A stretch of 64,000 nucleotides of DNA from the human T2T-CHM13v2.0 reference genome, Homo sapiens. The stretch lies in assembly GCF_009914755.1 (NCBI RefSeq), contig NC_060934.1; one strand, given 5' to 3'. The notes under the pieces were generated by a model that saw only the letters and a program-made list of their open reading frames with translations, had not been told where the DNA came from and ran no database searches. Numbering within the stretch: position 1 is the first letter of the stretch; each line of letters starts with the position of its first letter. Below, one piece after another: positions 17,038 to 40,317 of the stretch. The position numbers were made by a program, and so were the translations under genes.

Positions 17038-18126
17038 TTATAAAGTGGATATCACCACTGATCCCACAGAAATACAAACTACCATCAGAGAATACTATAA
17101 ACGGCTCTACACAAATAAACTCAAAAATCTAGAAGAAATGGATACATTCCTGGATACATATACCCTCCCGAAACTAAACCAGGAAGAAGTCAAATCCCTG
17201 AATAGACCAATAACAAGTTCTGAAATTAAGGCAGTAATTAATAGCCTACCAACCAAAAAAAGCCCAGGATCAGACAGATTCACAGGCAAATTCTACCAGA
17301 GGTACAAAGAGGAGCTGGTACCATTCCTTCTGAAACTATTCCAAACAACAGAAAAAGAGGGACTCCTCTCTAACTCATTTTATGAGGCCAGCATCATTCT
17401 GATACCAAAATCTGGCAGAGACACAACAAAAAAAGAAAATTTCAGGTCAATATCCCTGATGAACATTGATGTGAAAATCCTCAATAAAATACTGGCAAAC
17501 TGATTCCAGCAGCACATCAAAAAGCTTATCCACCACAATCAAGTTGGCTTCATCCCTGGGATGCAAGGCTGGTTCAACATACACAAATCAATAAATGTAA
17601 TCCATGACATAAGCAGAACCAATGACAAAAACCACATGATTGTCTCAATAGATGCAGAAAGGGCCTCTGATAAAATTCACCAGCCCTTCATGCTAAAAAC
17701 TCTCAATAAACTAGGTACTGATGGAATGTATTTCAAAATAATAAGAGCTATTTATGACAAACCCACAGCCAATGTCATACTGAATGGGCAAAAGCTGGAA
17801 GCATTCCCTTTGAAAACCAGCACAAGACAAGGATCCCCTCCCTCACCACTCCTATTCAACATAGTATTGGAAGTTCTGGCCAGGGCAATCAGGCAAAAGA
17901 AAGAAATAAAGGTATTCAAATAGGAAGAGAGGAAGTCAAGTTGTCTCTGCTTGCAGATGACATGATTGTATATTTAGGAAACCCCATTGTCTCAGCAAAA
18001 AATCTCCTTAAGCTGATAAGCAACTTCAGCAAAGTCTCAGGATACAAAATCAATGTGCAAAACTCAAAAACATTCCTATACACCAATAATAGACAAACAG
18101 AGGGCCAAATCATGAGTGAACTCCCA

Positions 18127-18258
18127 TTCACAATTGCTACAAAGAGAATAAAATACCTAGGAATCCAACTTACAAGGGATGTGAAGGACCTCTTCACAAT
18201 TGCTACAAAGAGAATAAAATACCTAGGAATCCAACTTACAAGGGATGTGAAGGACCTC
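18127..18258 (+). repeat. Perfect 66-bp tandem duplication within L1 ORF2
   Basis: 18127-18192 identical to 18193-18258; [22 protein letters not shown] occurs twice. Confidence 0.97.
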
Positions 18259-19770
18259 TTCAAGGAGAACTACAAACCACTGCTCAAGGAAATAAAAGAG
18301 GACACAAACAAATGGAAAAACATTCCATGCTCATGGAAAGGAATAATCAATATCGGGACAATGGCCATACTGCCCAAAGTAATTTATAGATTCAAAGCTA
18401 TCACCATCAAGCTACCACTGACTTTCTTCATAGAATTAGAAAAAACTACTTTAAATTTCATATGGAACCAAAAAAGAGCCCGCATAGCCAAGACAATCCT
18501 AAGCAAAAAGAACAAAGCTGAAGGCATCACGCTGCCTGACTTTAAACTATACTAAAGGCTACAGTAAACAAAACAGCATGGTACTGGTACCAAAACAGAC
18601 ATACAGACCAATGGAACAGAACAGGGGCCTCAGAAATAACGCCACACATCTACAACCTTCTGATCTTTGACAAAGCTGACAAAAACAAACAATGGGGAAA
18701 GGACTCTCTATTTAATAAATGGTGTTGGGAAGACTGGCTAAGCCATATGCAGAAAACTGAAACTGGACCCCTTCCTTACACCTTATACAAAAATTAACTC
18801 AAGATGGATTAAAGACTTAAACATAGGACCTAAAATCATAAAAACCCTAGAAGAAAACCTAGGCAATACCATTCAGGACACAGGCATGGACAAAGACTTC
18901 ATGACTAAAACACCAAAAGCAATGACAACAAAAGCCAAAATTGATGAATGGGATCTAATTAAACTAAGGAGCTTCTGCACAGCAAAAGAAACTATCATCA
19001 GAGTGAACAGGCAACCTACAGAATGGGAGAAAATTTTTGCAATCTCTCCATCTGATGAAGGGCTAATATCCAGAATCTACAAGGAACTTAAACAAATTTA
19101 CAAGAAAAAAATAAACAACCCCATCAGAAAGTGGGTAAAGGACATGAACAGACACCTCTGAAAAGAAGACATTTATGAGGCCAACGAACATGAAAAAATG
19201 CTCATCATCACTGGTCATTAGAGAGATGCAAACCAAACCACAATGAGATACCATCTCACGCCAGTTAGAACGGTGATCATTAAAAAGTCAGGAAACAACA
19301 GATGCTGGAGAGGATGTGGAGAAATAGGAACGTTTTTACACTGTTGGTGGGAGTGTAAATTAGTTCACCCATTGTGGAAGACAGTGTGGCAATTCCTCAA
19401 GGATCTAGAACCAGAAATACCATTTAACCCAGCAATCCCATTACTAGGTATAAACCCAAAAGATTATAAATCATTCTACTTTAAAGACACATGCACATGT
19501 ATGTTTATTGCAGCACTATTCACAATAGCAAAGACTTGGAACCAACCCAAATGCCCATCAATGACAGACTGGATAAATTCTTGGCAAACTAACACAGGAA
19601 CAGAAAACCAAACACCACATGTTCTCACTCATAAGTGGAAGTTGAACAATGAGAACACATGGACACAGGGAGGGGAACATCACACACCCACACACTGGGG
19701 CTTTTCAGGGGGCAGGGGGCTAGGGCACAGATAGCATTAGAAGTAATACCTAATATAGATGATGGGTTGA

Positions 19771-20142
<372 letters not shown>

Positions 20143-21025
20143 TAAAAACTCAACTTGACAAAAAGACAACACAATTTTTTAAAGGGGCAAAAGATGTGAA
20201 GAGTAATTTCCCCAATGAAGATATATGAAAGGTCAGTAAGTATATGAAAAGATGCTCAACATCAATACTACAGTGATGGCCAGGCATGGGCGCTCATGCC
20301 TGTAATCCCAGCATTTTGGGAGGCTGACTTGGGAAGATCATTTGAGGCCAGGGTTTGAGACCAGCCTGGGCAACACAGCAAGACTGTACCTCTACAAAAA
20401 AAGTAAAAATAAAAACTGCAGTGAGATACTGCTCCGTATCTACTAGAATGACTATATATGAAGATGTGGACAAAATGGATCCCTCATATGTTGGTGGTGG
20501 GCATGTAAAATGGTGTAGCCACTTTGGAAAATATTTTGGCAGTTTCTTAGAAAGTTAAAAATAAATTTACCATAGAAACCAGCAATTCCAGCCCTAAGTA
20601 TCCATCTAAGAGATATGTTCACACAATGATCGGTACCTATGTGAATTTTCAGAATTTTCTGCACTATTCATAACCAAAATGAATGGATAAACAGAACGTG
20701 TTCTATTCACACAATGGAATATTATACAGCCATAAAAAGGAGCACACTACTGATCTATGCTTTATCTGGATGAACCTTGAAAACATGATGCAAACTGAAA
20801 GAAGCCAGCTGCAGGAGACCCTATCAGGTATGACTCCCTTTACAAGAAAGTTCCAGAAAAGGCAAATCCAGAGAGAGAAAGTCAGTCAGTGGTTGCCTGG
20901 AGCTAGGGGTGTGAACAGAGTGACTACCAATGGCCAGAGATTTTTCTGAAGTGAAGAGAATGAAAACTGGGTGGTGATAGTTGCACAGCTGTAAATTTAC
21001 TAAAAACCACTTAATTACACACTTA

Positions 21026-21352
<327 letters not shown>

Positions 21353-22376
21353 CTAAACCTAAATAACACGGTCTTGGTAACTGCCAAGAGAGAAATCTAA
21401 AAAGATAGTAGCTATGTGATGATAATGAAGGGTGACCATGTGGCACGCTGATGGCGTTTTCCCCAAATGAATTATAATTTTCCCTAAACAAAGATGTTTT
21501 GAAAATACCAACAATTTTATGCATTTGCTTAATCCTCCTTTCACCAATTCTCAGTTAAACACACACACACCCTCACGTGTCAGTCAACCAAAAAGCCTTT
21601 CCTGAATACCTACTATGTGCCCCACTCAGTTCTGGGCACTTGGTAATTAAAGAACCAGAAGCCAAGGCAGAGTCCTTCCAGGGTCAGTGCTGGACACAAC
21701 AGACACCTGAAGAGGTGGCTAACCACAGAAAATGGCCTCCTTGCCGATCCTAACCTCATTGTGACTTTCTGTGTCATATATAAAGAAACCTGCCAAAAAT
21801 CAGAAATGATTGGCTGGGCGCGGTGGCTCATGCCTGTAATCCTAGCACTTTGGGAGGCCGAGGTGGGTGGATCACTGAGATCAGGAGTTCAAGACCAGCC
21901 TGGCCAACATGGAGAAACCCCATCTCTACTAAAAATACAAAAATTAGCCAGGCGTAGTAGTGCACGCCTGTAAAATCTCAGCTACTAGGGAGGCTGAGGC
22001 AGGAGAATCACTTGAACCCAGGGGGCGGAGGTTGCAGTGAGCCAAGATCATGCCACTTCACTCCAGCTTGGGCAAAAGAGGGAGACACCATCTCAAAAAA
22101 AAAAAAGAAAAAAGAAATGATTGAGTGTAGGCATAACTGGCAGGGTGAACACCTGTATTAGGGTTGTAACCAAAGATGAATTATCATTGATCAATTTCCT
22201 ATATCTACATGGGAGGATAGTGGAATCTCATTAAACTGAGTATAACAGATAGTATAATATAGCTCAACAGATTGTTTCCAAAATACAAAATGGGTGAGAG
22301 AATTAAATAGCTTGCTTCTTGAGGAATGGGTGATAATTATTGAGAAGGAGAAGAGTGACCACAGAAGGCAAAATGA

Positions 22377-22970
<594 letters not shown>

Positions 22971-23539
22971 TGAGTAGCTGGGATTACAGGCACGCGCCAC
23001 CACACCCGGCTAATTTTTGTATTTTTAGTAGAGACGGGGTTTCACCATGTTGGCCAGGCTAGTCTCGAACTCCTGACCTTGTGATCCACCCAACACAGCC
23101 TCCCAAAGTGCTGGGATTACAGGTGTGAGCCACCGCGCCCGGGCTTCATTTTCTTTTAAACTCTGACCCAAACTGTATTATCCAACTTCCTCTTTGGGCC
23201 AATCTGGACCAACAAGATTTACTCTCCTGCATGAACTGACCAAAAATGGACAAAACAGGGCGAGGCACAGTGGCTCACGCATGTAATTCCAGCACTTTGG
23301 GAGGCTGAGGCAGGTGGGTGACGAGGTCAGGTGTTCAAGACCAGCCTGGCCAACATGATGAAATCCCATGTCTACTAAAAATACAAAAATTAGCCAGGCG
23401 TGGTGGTGCGTGCCTGTAGTCCCAGCTACTCGGGAGGCTGAGGCACGAGAATTGCTTGAACCTGGGAGGCGAAGGTTGCAGTGAGCTACTGCACTCCAGC
23501 CTGGGCAAGAGAGGGAGACTCTGTCTCAAAAACAAAAAC

Positions 23540-24975
<1,436 letters not shown>

Positions 24976-25148
24976 GGCCAGGCATGGTGGCTCATGCCTG
25001 TGATCCCAACACTTTGGGAGGCTGAAGCCAGGCAGATTGCTTGAGCCCAGGAGTTTGAGACCAGCCTGGACAACATGGTGAAAATCTGTCTCTACAAGAA
25101 TACACAAAAATTACCCGGGATGGGGTGCCATGTGCCTGAAGTCCCAGC

Positions 25149-26575
<1,427 letters not shown>

Positions 26576-28254
26576 TCACTTGAGCCCAGGAATTTGAGAC
26601 CAGCCTGGGCAACATGGCAAGATCCCGTCTCTACAAAAAAGTTTTAAAAAATTAGCTGGGCGTGGTGATGCTTGCCTGTAGTCCCAGCTACTCAGGAGGC
26701 TGAGGCAGGAGGATCGCTTGAACCCAGGAGATTGAGGCTGCAGTGAGCCATCATCGCTCCACTGCACTGCAACCTGGGCAACAGAGCAAAATTCTGTCTC
26801 AAAAAGAAAACAAAAAAAAAAGCTAGAAAGAAGGATCTTGAATCAACTCATATGACACCAGAAAAAAAAAATATTATCGACTTGATTTTCCAGCCCAGGT
26901 ATCTAAAATGTTGCTCTACCCAAGAAACCTGGTCTTCAGTGAGTTCTTTAGGGAGAAGAGTCTCAGCAAAGATGAAAGACTAAGTGGACATGAATCTTTA
27001 GGCGTTCTAGGCAGGCAACTTTCAATCTGAAACACATGAGTGTGGCCAGGGTGTGGTAAGCAGGGGCACTTACTGTGTAAAAAGCCGAGCACTGGAGTTG
27101 CAGAGTAAGCCTCATCATGAGTTGCAGGATAAACGTAAGCAAGGCCTCTACTCATCGTTTCTTCATCTCATCTCCAGTGCCTAGGACAGGGCTTGAGACA
27201 CAGCAGGCGCTCAAAACATGTCTGCCCAATGGAAACGATAAAACACTACTGTCATTGAACTATGACACATGTGACCACGCTAGCTAACTGGACTGCAAGG
27301 AAATGCACAGTGATAAGACACTCGCATCACAGCAGAGGTGCTTCACTCTGGCCCTGCCCGAGAATCACCTGCAAAGTCACTACAGAGATGGGTCCTGGCT
27401 GCTGTGTTTTCCAAAACTTTGCTGGTGGTTATGTGCAGAGTACAGAGCCTCTAGGCTGGGAACAGAAGTAAGAAACTAGTTACCGTTCCTCAGTAACCAA
27501 ATTCTGGAGACGCCTGTGAGAGAGAAATACACAGAGAGGCAGAGAGAGGACAGAAAACTTGGTAGAACTTGGATACTTTATTGAACTCAATCTGGATTAT
27601 TAAATCAAAGACTAGGACACAATACAACATAAACAAAACTTTATCAAATTAAGAGGCAATATACACCATGCCAATAAGATACCCAACTCATTATTCTTTG
27701 GTAACAGTCAAGAAGTATTGCAACCTGAAGCCTGGCACTCCATTTCAGCAATTCCAACCTGATAGATCATTCAGGGTGTCTTCCATTAAACCTTCCCTGT
27801 TCGCTCTGATCAATAATGACCTCTGGCTCCCCTTCCCTGACAGCCCACAGCATCACACTTTTCATCATTTTATGATAGCCAATTTAGGACTTCATTGTGA
27901 AGCTTTGTGGGTATATTTTATTTTTACTTTTTTATTTGAGACAGAGTCTCACTCTTTCATCCAGGCTGGAATGCAGTGGTGTGATCTCGGCTCACTGCGA
28001 CCTCTGCCTCACGAGTTGAAGCAATTCTTCTGTCTCAGCCTCCCAAGTAGCTGGATCACAGGTGTGTGCCACCAAGCCCAGCTAATGTTTGTATTTTTAG
28101 TAGAGACAGGGTTTCACCATGTTAGCCGGGCTGATCTGGAACTCCTGACCTCAAGTGATCAGCCTGCCTTGGCCTCCCACAGTGCTGGGATAACAAGCAT
28201 GAGCCACTGCGCCCGGCCTGCTTTGTATTTTAGTTCCACAAATGCCACATGGGA

Positions 28255-28756
<502 letters not shown>

Positions 28757-31700
28757 TCCCCACCTCCCCACGGCTGCCTGGCCAAAACCAAACCAAGGGG
28801 TGGGGCTTGCGCGGGTCCAACATGTGCTACCTCAGGATGTAGTGTAACAAGGGGGCTGGGTGGGCAGAGTGGGCCTGTGAGCGCCCGCATCCCCCAGCTC
28901 CCCCCCGCAGCCGGCTCCACAATGGTCTGCTCCGGTTGCCGGGTGCGGATTCGGGTTCCGGACGCAAGGCTGCGAGTTCTCCGCTGCTTGTTGTGGCCGG
29001 GGTTACTGCGGCGACCGCCAGAGCAGCCTTGGCGCTATGTTGGAGCCAGGGGCTACCCCTCAGCGGTACTTGGGGCTGGTCCTGGGGGAGCCACGCAGGG
29101 TTGTGGCAGCGCTGCCTGAAAGTATGAGACTGGATTCGAATCCTCATGGTTTTCCATGGGAAATGGTGATATGTGCAGCTGTTGCTGCATTTTTTGCTGT
29201 TCTCCTTTTTCTGTGGAGAAGTTTTAGATCGGTTAGGAGTCGGCTTTATGTGGGAAGAGAGAAAAAGCTTGCTATAATGCTTTCTGGACTAATTGAAGAA
29301 AAATGTAAACTACTTGAAAAATTTAGCCTTGTTCAAAAAGAGTATGAAGACTATGAAGTAGCGTCATCGTTAGAGGATGCCAGCTTTGAGAAGGCGGCAG
29401 CAGAAGCACGAAGTTTGGAGGCAACCTGTGAAAAGTTGAACAGGTCCAATTCTGAACTTGAGCATGAAATTCTCTGTCTAGAAAAAGAGTTAAAAGAAGA
29501 GAAATCTAAACATTCGCAACAAAATGAATTGATGGCGGATATTTCAAAAACGATACAGCCTCTAGCAGATGAGTCAGAATCCCTCAAATCACAAGTAGCT
29601 GAAGCCAAAATGATCTTCAAGAGATTTAAAATGACTGAGAAACAACTGAAGATAGCAATAAAAGATGCTTTGAATGAAAACTCTCACCTTCAGGAAAGCC
29701 AGAAACAGCTTTTGCAAGAAGCTGAAGTATGGAACGAACAAGTGAATGAACTTAATAAACAGAAAATAACATTTGAAGACTCCAAAGTACATGCAGAACA
29801 AGTTCTAAATGATAAAGAAAATCACATCAAGACTCTGACTGAACATTTGCTAAAGATGAAAGATTGGGCTGCTAGGCTTAGAGAAGACGTAACGGATGAT
29901 GATAACTTAGAAGTGAACAGTGAATCAGAAGATGGTGCTTACTTAGATGATCCTCTAAAAGGAGCTCTGAAGAAACTGATTCATGCTACTAAGTTAAATG
30001 CTTCTTTAAAAACCTTAGAAGGAGAAAGAAACCAAATTTATATCCAGTTACCTGAAATTGATAAAACAAAGGAAGAGCTTACAGAGCATATTAAAAATCT
30101 TCGGACTGAACAAGCATCTTTGCAGTCAGAAAACACACATTTTGAAAGTGAGAATCAGAAGCTTCAACAGAAACTTAAAGTAATGACTGAATTATATCAA
30201 GAAAATGAAATGAAACTCTACAGGAAATTAACAGTAGAGGAAAATAGCCGGTTAGAGAAAGAAGAGAAACTTTCTAAGGTAGACAAAAAGATCAGCCATG
30301 CCACTAAAGAGCTGGAGACCTACAGACAGCGAGCCAAAGATCTTGAAGAAGAATTGGAGAGAACTATTCATTATTATCAACGGCAGATTATTTCCCATGA
30401 GAAAAAGGCACATCATAACTGGTTGGCAGCTTGGGCTGCTGAAAGAAACCTCAATGATTTAAGGAAAGAAAATGCTCACAACAGACAAAAATTAGCTGAA
30501 ACAGAGTATAAAATAAAACTTCTAAAAAAAGATCCTTATGTACTTGATGTTCCAAATACAGCATTTGGCAGAGAGCATTCCCCATATGGTCCCTCATCAT
30601 TGGGTCGGCCTTCATCTGAAACGAGAGCTTTTCTCTCTCCCGCAACTCTGTTGGAGGGTCCACTCAGACTCTCACCTTTGCCTCCAGGGGGGGAAGGAAG
30701 AGGCTCAAGAGGCCCAGGGAATCCTCTGGACCATCAGATTACCAAGGAAAGAGGAGAATCAAGCTGTGAAAGGTTAACCGATCCTCACAGGTCTCCTTCT
30801 GACACTGGGTCCCTGTCACTTCTGAGGGAACAGGACCGTAGGATGATGTTTCCTCCACCAGCGCAATCATATCTTGATTCAGCTCTTCCTCCACAAAGGC
30901 AAGACAGATTTTATTCTAACTCTGGTGGACTGTCTGGACCAGCAGAACTCAGAAGTTTTAATATGCCTCCTTTGGATAAAATGGATGGGTCAATGCCTTC
31001 AGAAATGGAATCCAGTAGAAATGACACCAAAGATGATCTTGGTAATTTAAATATCCCTGATTCATCTCTCCCTGCTGAAAATGCAGCAACTGGCCCTCGC
31101 TTTGTTCCTCCACCTCTTGCCCTAATCAGAGGTCCACTGTTTCCAGTGGATACAAGGGGCCCGTTCATGAGAAGAGCACCTCCTTTCCCCCCACCTCCTC
31201 CAGGAACCAGGTTTGGAGCTTCTCGAGATTATTTTCCACCAGGGGATTTCCCAGGTCCACCACATGCTCCGTTTGCAATGAGAAATGTCTATCCACCGAG
31301 GGGTTTTCCTCCTTACCCTCCCCCAAGACCTGGATTTTTCCCCCGACCCCCACATTCTGAAGGTAGAAGTGAGTTCCCTTCAGGGCTGATTCCGCCTTCA
31401 AATGAGCCTGCTACGGAACATCCAAAACCGCAGCAAGATACCTGGCAATATTTTTGCTCTCTTCAAAAGTAATTCTGACTGATCTCATTTCAAGTAACTG
31501 CTGTTACTTAAGTGATTACACTTTTGCTCAAATTGAAACTTAATGGAATTATAATTCTTAGGATAGTATTTTGTAAATAAGGATGATTTAAATATGAATC
31601 TTATAAGTAAATTATTTCCATTGTATTTTATTCGATAGTATAACTATTTTAATTTGATTAATCCACTATTATAGAAACAACAGTGGGAGTTTTACGTATG

Positions 31701-31826
31701 TAATCTTGCAGGTGGGGAGGCTTTAAATTCTAAAGGCTGTGTCTTTATGCCAACAACTGTATTTACTGTAGGTGTAGACAAATGTGAAAGTAACTTTATG
31801 CTTAAATAAATTTTAGTTGATTAAAG
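28757..31826 (+). pseudogene. CTAGE7P: Processed retrocopy of cTAGE5 (MIA2/CTAGE5) mRNA with GC-rich 5'UTR, full CDS and 3'UTR; locus I recall annotated as CTAGE7P
   Basis: Intronless; AATAAA at 31805-31810, vestigial A tract, direct repeat aaattcagataatcca at 31827-31842; antisense in C10orf143 intron 1. Confidence 0.85.
29037..31472 (+). CDS. CTAGE7P: Uninterrupted 811-aa cTAGE-family ORF: N-terminal TM helix, two coiled coils, proline-rich C-terminus
   Basis: ORF track; collinear with recalled cTAGE5 ([34 protein letters not shown]; [16 protein letters not shown]); expression not shown by sequence. Confidence 0.7.
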   Translation: MLEPGATPQRYLGLVLGEPRRVVAALPESMRLDSNPHGFPWEMVICAAVAAFFAVLLFLWRSFRSVRSRLYVGREKKLAIMLSGLIEEKCKLLEKFSLVQKEYEDYEVASSLEDASFEKAAAEARSLEATCEKLNRSNSELEHEILCLEKELKEEKSKHSQQNELMADISKTIQPLADESESLKSQVAEAKMIFKRFKMTEKQLKIAIKDALNENSHLQESQKQLLQEAEVWNEQVNELNKQKITFEDSKVHAEQVLNDKENHIKTLTEHLLKMKDWAARLREDVTDDDNLEVNSESEDGAYLDDPLKGALKKLIHATKLNASLKTLEGERNQIYIQLPEIDKTKEELTEHIKNLRTEQASLQSENTHFESENQKLQQKLKVMTELYQENEMKLYRKLTVEENSRLEKEEKLSKVDKKISHATKELETYRQRAKDLEEELERTIHYYQRQIISHEKKAHHNWLAAWAAERNLNDLRKENAHNRQKLAETEYKIKLLKKDPYVLDVPNTAFGREHSPYGPSSLGRPSSETRAFLSPATLLEGPLRLSPLPPGGEGRGSRGPGNPLDHQITKERGESSCERLTDPHRSPSDTGSLSLLREQDRRMMFPPPAQSYLDSALPPQRQDRFYSNSGGLSGPAELRSFNMPPLDKMDGSMPSEMESSRNDTKDDLGNLNIPDSSLPAENAATGPRFVPPPLALIRGPLFPVDTRGPFMRRAPPFPPPPPGTRFGASRDYFPPGDFPGPPHAPFAMRNVYPPRGFPPYPPPRPGFFPRPPHSEGRSEFPSGLIPPSNEPATEHPKPQQDTWQYFCSLQK

Positions 31827-33229
31827 AAATTCAGATAATCCACATGATAACCATTCAATCACTAGCAGTATTTGCCACGTCTCCACTAAACGTCTCAAAG
31901 TCGCAGAAAACACAGCATGGCCTAACAGGAGCTCTTCATTGCCTCCACACCACTCTTCTCTCAAGGAGCAGCAGTACTGCCCTCGCAGGGCTCAAGTCAA
32001 CCCCTACAACACCCTGGACTCCACTCTTCACATTACCCTGCCACTGCCACTCCATCAGTGAGACTGTCTGCTCTCCCTCTACACAGTCACGTCTCTCTAG
32101 TGTCACCACCCCACTGCCCTCTCTTGTGCAAACCTCTGCCACTTCTCCTCTGACACACTACTGTAGCCACAAGCCTTGCCTCCCTGCCTGCACCCTGATC
32201 ACACCTTTCATTTTCCAGGGCAGTGAAGTAAGGTCTCAACACATCAGCATAATCATGTCACTTTTCTGTTTGTTTTTCTGCCATCTGGTAGCACGGTAGC
32301 AGTGAGCCACCCTTGGCTATGCAGAGGAGGGTAACACCCAGGGGATGGTGTGAGGGGAAGGAACTTAGGTCCCTGCATATCCCCTGATCTGGGTACCACC
32401 AGCCCTACGCCTATATTTAGTGACCCTGGGCTCCACCCCACTGGACTGCTCACGTCCATGCTGTTCTGTGCAGGAGAATCAAACTTCCATCTTGTTAGGG
32501 CCAGCGTGCTTTGAAGGCTCTTGGTTACAAAAGCACCCTAACCTGCTATATTACTGTACTATACTATTACTATACTACATTACTATACCATATTATTACT
32601 ATATTACTGGGGTAACCTGCACCCTAGTAATATAACAATTGGTACCTGGAGGAGGGGTGCGGCTGTGATAGAAACCTAAGTGGTACTGGCTTCACGGCCA
32701 GGCAGTGAGTAGTGAGGAAAGAGATGGTGCAGGGTAGAAAGCTAGTCATTCCCGCTACGCAGTAAAGACATCTAAAAAAATGCTGCCTGTATTAACTGGG
32801 AAGACGGATCCTGCACTTACCAAGCCTGTGTAGCTCTAGAAGAAAAAAAAAAGCAAATATGCGGTATGTTGGCTGCTCACTGCTGCCCCTAGCGAGGAAC
32901 TTTGAAATAAACGAGGTTAAGTAAGAACTGGCCAATTTGCAAGCAGAGGTGGAAGATAAAATACAGGAATGCCAAGCAGCTCTGTCTTCCAGCTCCAATC
33001 CTGCAGTACTTCTTTCAGTGCCCCTAAGACGCTAAGCTCCTTCCTCCAACACTGTTTTTTGTCACCTCCCATCCTGCCTACCCCCGGTCATCCTTCAAGT
33101 CTCACACATACCTGACTTACCCACGCACCCTGGGATCTTGTGCAAGTCTCCCCATTACCATCTCATCTTACCCTCTGCTCATCAGTTAATGGACTCAGCC
33201 CAAGAAGCACTAACACGCTCAATGCCGGG

Positions 33230-34830
<1,601 letters not shown>

Positions 34831-35384
34831 GAGGTCTGTTGAGGCAGAGTTTCGGGAAAGATCTTCTAGTTAAAAGGGGAGTTGGGTGGGTGGGGGCTGT
34901 TTTCTTCCTGTTGTCCTTGCCCAGTGTAAGTTTCCTGGAGCTGCAGCAGCCTTTTTGTCACCATGAGGGCAGCTGGTGGGAACCCTAGGAAAGCAGGAAA
35001 TCACCTAGAGCCGGAACAGCCTGAGCCTCTGAACCAACCCACAGCTGACTACCCGTCACTTTGTCGTGTCTCTGTGATTTGAGTCCATCATTCTGCTGCA
35101 GTTGAAGGTATCCTTTGACAAAGCCCTGTTCTTAACCATTATGGTGAAACGCATGAATCCCTCTTCGGGCTATTTGCTGCATGATCCTCAGCAAATTAAA
35201 TAGTTAATCTCCCTCAGTTTCCTCATTTATAAAGGATAGGATGATAAAGCATAGAGATCGTGAGGATTACATGAGGCATTTACCTAGAAGATACTTAGAA
35301 CAATGCTGGACACAAACTAAGTACTTAACAAATGTAACATTTCTCCTATTAGTTAGTACTCCTAAGACTAATTATGCCACCACT

Positions 35385-35995
35385 GATTCACAGTCCCTTA
35401 TCAAAAACCTTTCAGGCCAGATGTGTTTGTGAAATTCAGAATTTTTTGAATGTTTAAAAAAGGTGAGATATATTGTATGCCCCCGTAGTCAAACAATGTT
35501 TCTATAGCAGAAATGTGTGAGTATTCACAAATATTCACCCTAAGTGGGATATATAAAGGTTGTAAATAGGGCCAGGCACAGTGGCTCATGCTTGTAATCC
35601 CAGTACTTTGGAAGGCCAAAGCGGGAGGATTGCTTGAACCCAGGAGTTTGAGACCAGCCTCGGCAACACAGTGAGACCCCCGTCTCTACAAAATAAAAAT
35701 AACAAAATTAGCCGGGCACTATGGCGCCCACCTGTAGTACCAGCTACTCAGAAGGCTGAGGTGGGAAGATTGCTTGGGCCTGGAAGGTTGAGGCTGCAGT
35801 GAGTTGGCTGTGATCACACCACAGCACTCCAGCCTGGCCAATAGAGTGAGACCCTGTCTCAAATAAAATAAATACAATAAATAAATAAAGGTTGTAAATA
35901 GTCTCATATCAGTTCAAATGAGTTTACTCCAAGCGTGGGGAAAAACTAATTTGGAGGACTTTCTGCATTTCAGAATTGAAAATAAGGTATGTTGT
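35385..35995. mobile_element. DNA transposon fragment (Tigger-like) split by an AluJ (35569-35888,+)
   Basis: cagtcccttatc...gccagatgtgttt...ttcagaatt terminal motif; Alu TSD taaaggttgtaaatag. Confidence 0.55.
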
Positions 35996-36765
35996 AGGCC
36001 TCTCAAAATGCTTGTCTTGCAGTTTAGATTAGATGACTTGCTTTGTTACCCACTTTTGATTCGCTGGCCTTTATACTGATGGCTGCTTTTCAGATGTGTA
36101 TAAGAACAAAATTTCAACAAATTTAGTTTCAAAGATCTGATTGGTTTTTAATAGCATTGCATGCACCAGGCAGTCTACAAGATAGAAAGGTGCTCCAATG
36201 AGGACCGAGTGGGTGAGTTTGACAGGCAGGAAAAAGTGGAGGAAAGCAGGAAGAATGAACAAATAGCAGATCAGTCATTTCAAGGTTACTTTCCTTATAG
36301 AGGTGTAGACGAAATCTTGGTGTAATGTAATTTGGCTTTCATCCCTCTCCTGATTTCTCAGAAGATCTTACAAGTAAGCAACCCAGGTTTCAGTTTGGTA
36401 GCATGAATCCTTAGCATTTAGTGACTCCAGTTTTGGTCTGCTGTCTTTCTTAAATGGATGCATGAGGCAACCATTGGGTACTGGGGGGGGGACTGCTTAG
36501 CTTAGGAATGAGATACAGCAATAGGTATATTTAGAAGGATGCAGTTTAGCTTAGCACAGTATTTACCAAGCATCAGTCACTTGGGTACTAACTGCAAGAT
36601 GTATGCTAAACCTCTCCTATTATTTACATAGTATATTTATTTAAATTCTCAATATCTTAAGTTTGAAAAACTTTAAAAATAATATGTGACATCTATAAAG
36701 TGATGGTTTGAATGCTCACTATTTTAATATGTTAAATAGATTAATTATTAGAAGAAAATATGGGA

Positions 36766-40152
<3,387 letters not shown>

Positions 40153-40317
40153 ACCTGTTTATGCACCACTAACTGTCATCTTGCACACCACCTTCAAGGG
40201 AAGTATCTCTCAGGTGGAAGGTGATTCGAGTTCAATCCCACCCTGCCAGTTTCCAGCACCTGGACAAAGCTGCTTGAACCTCTAAGTCCCCTTCCCCTTT
40301 TTGGTGTATAAAATTGG

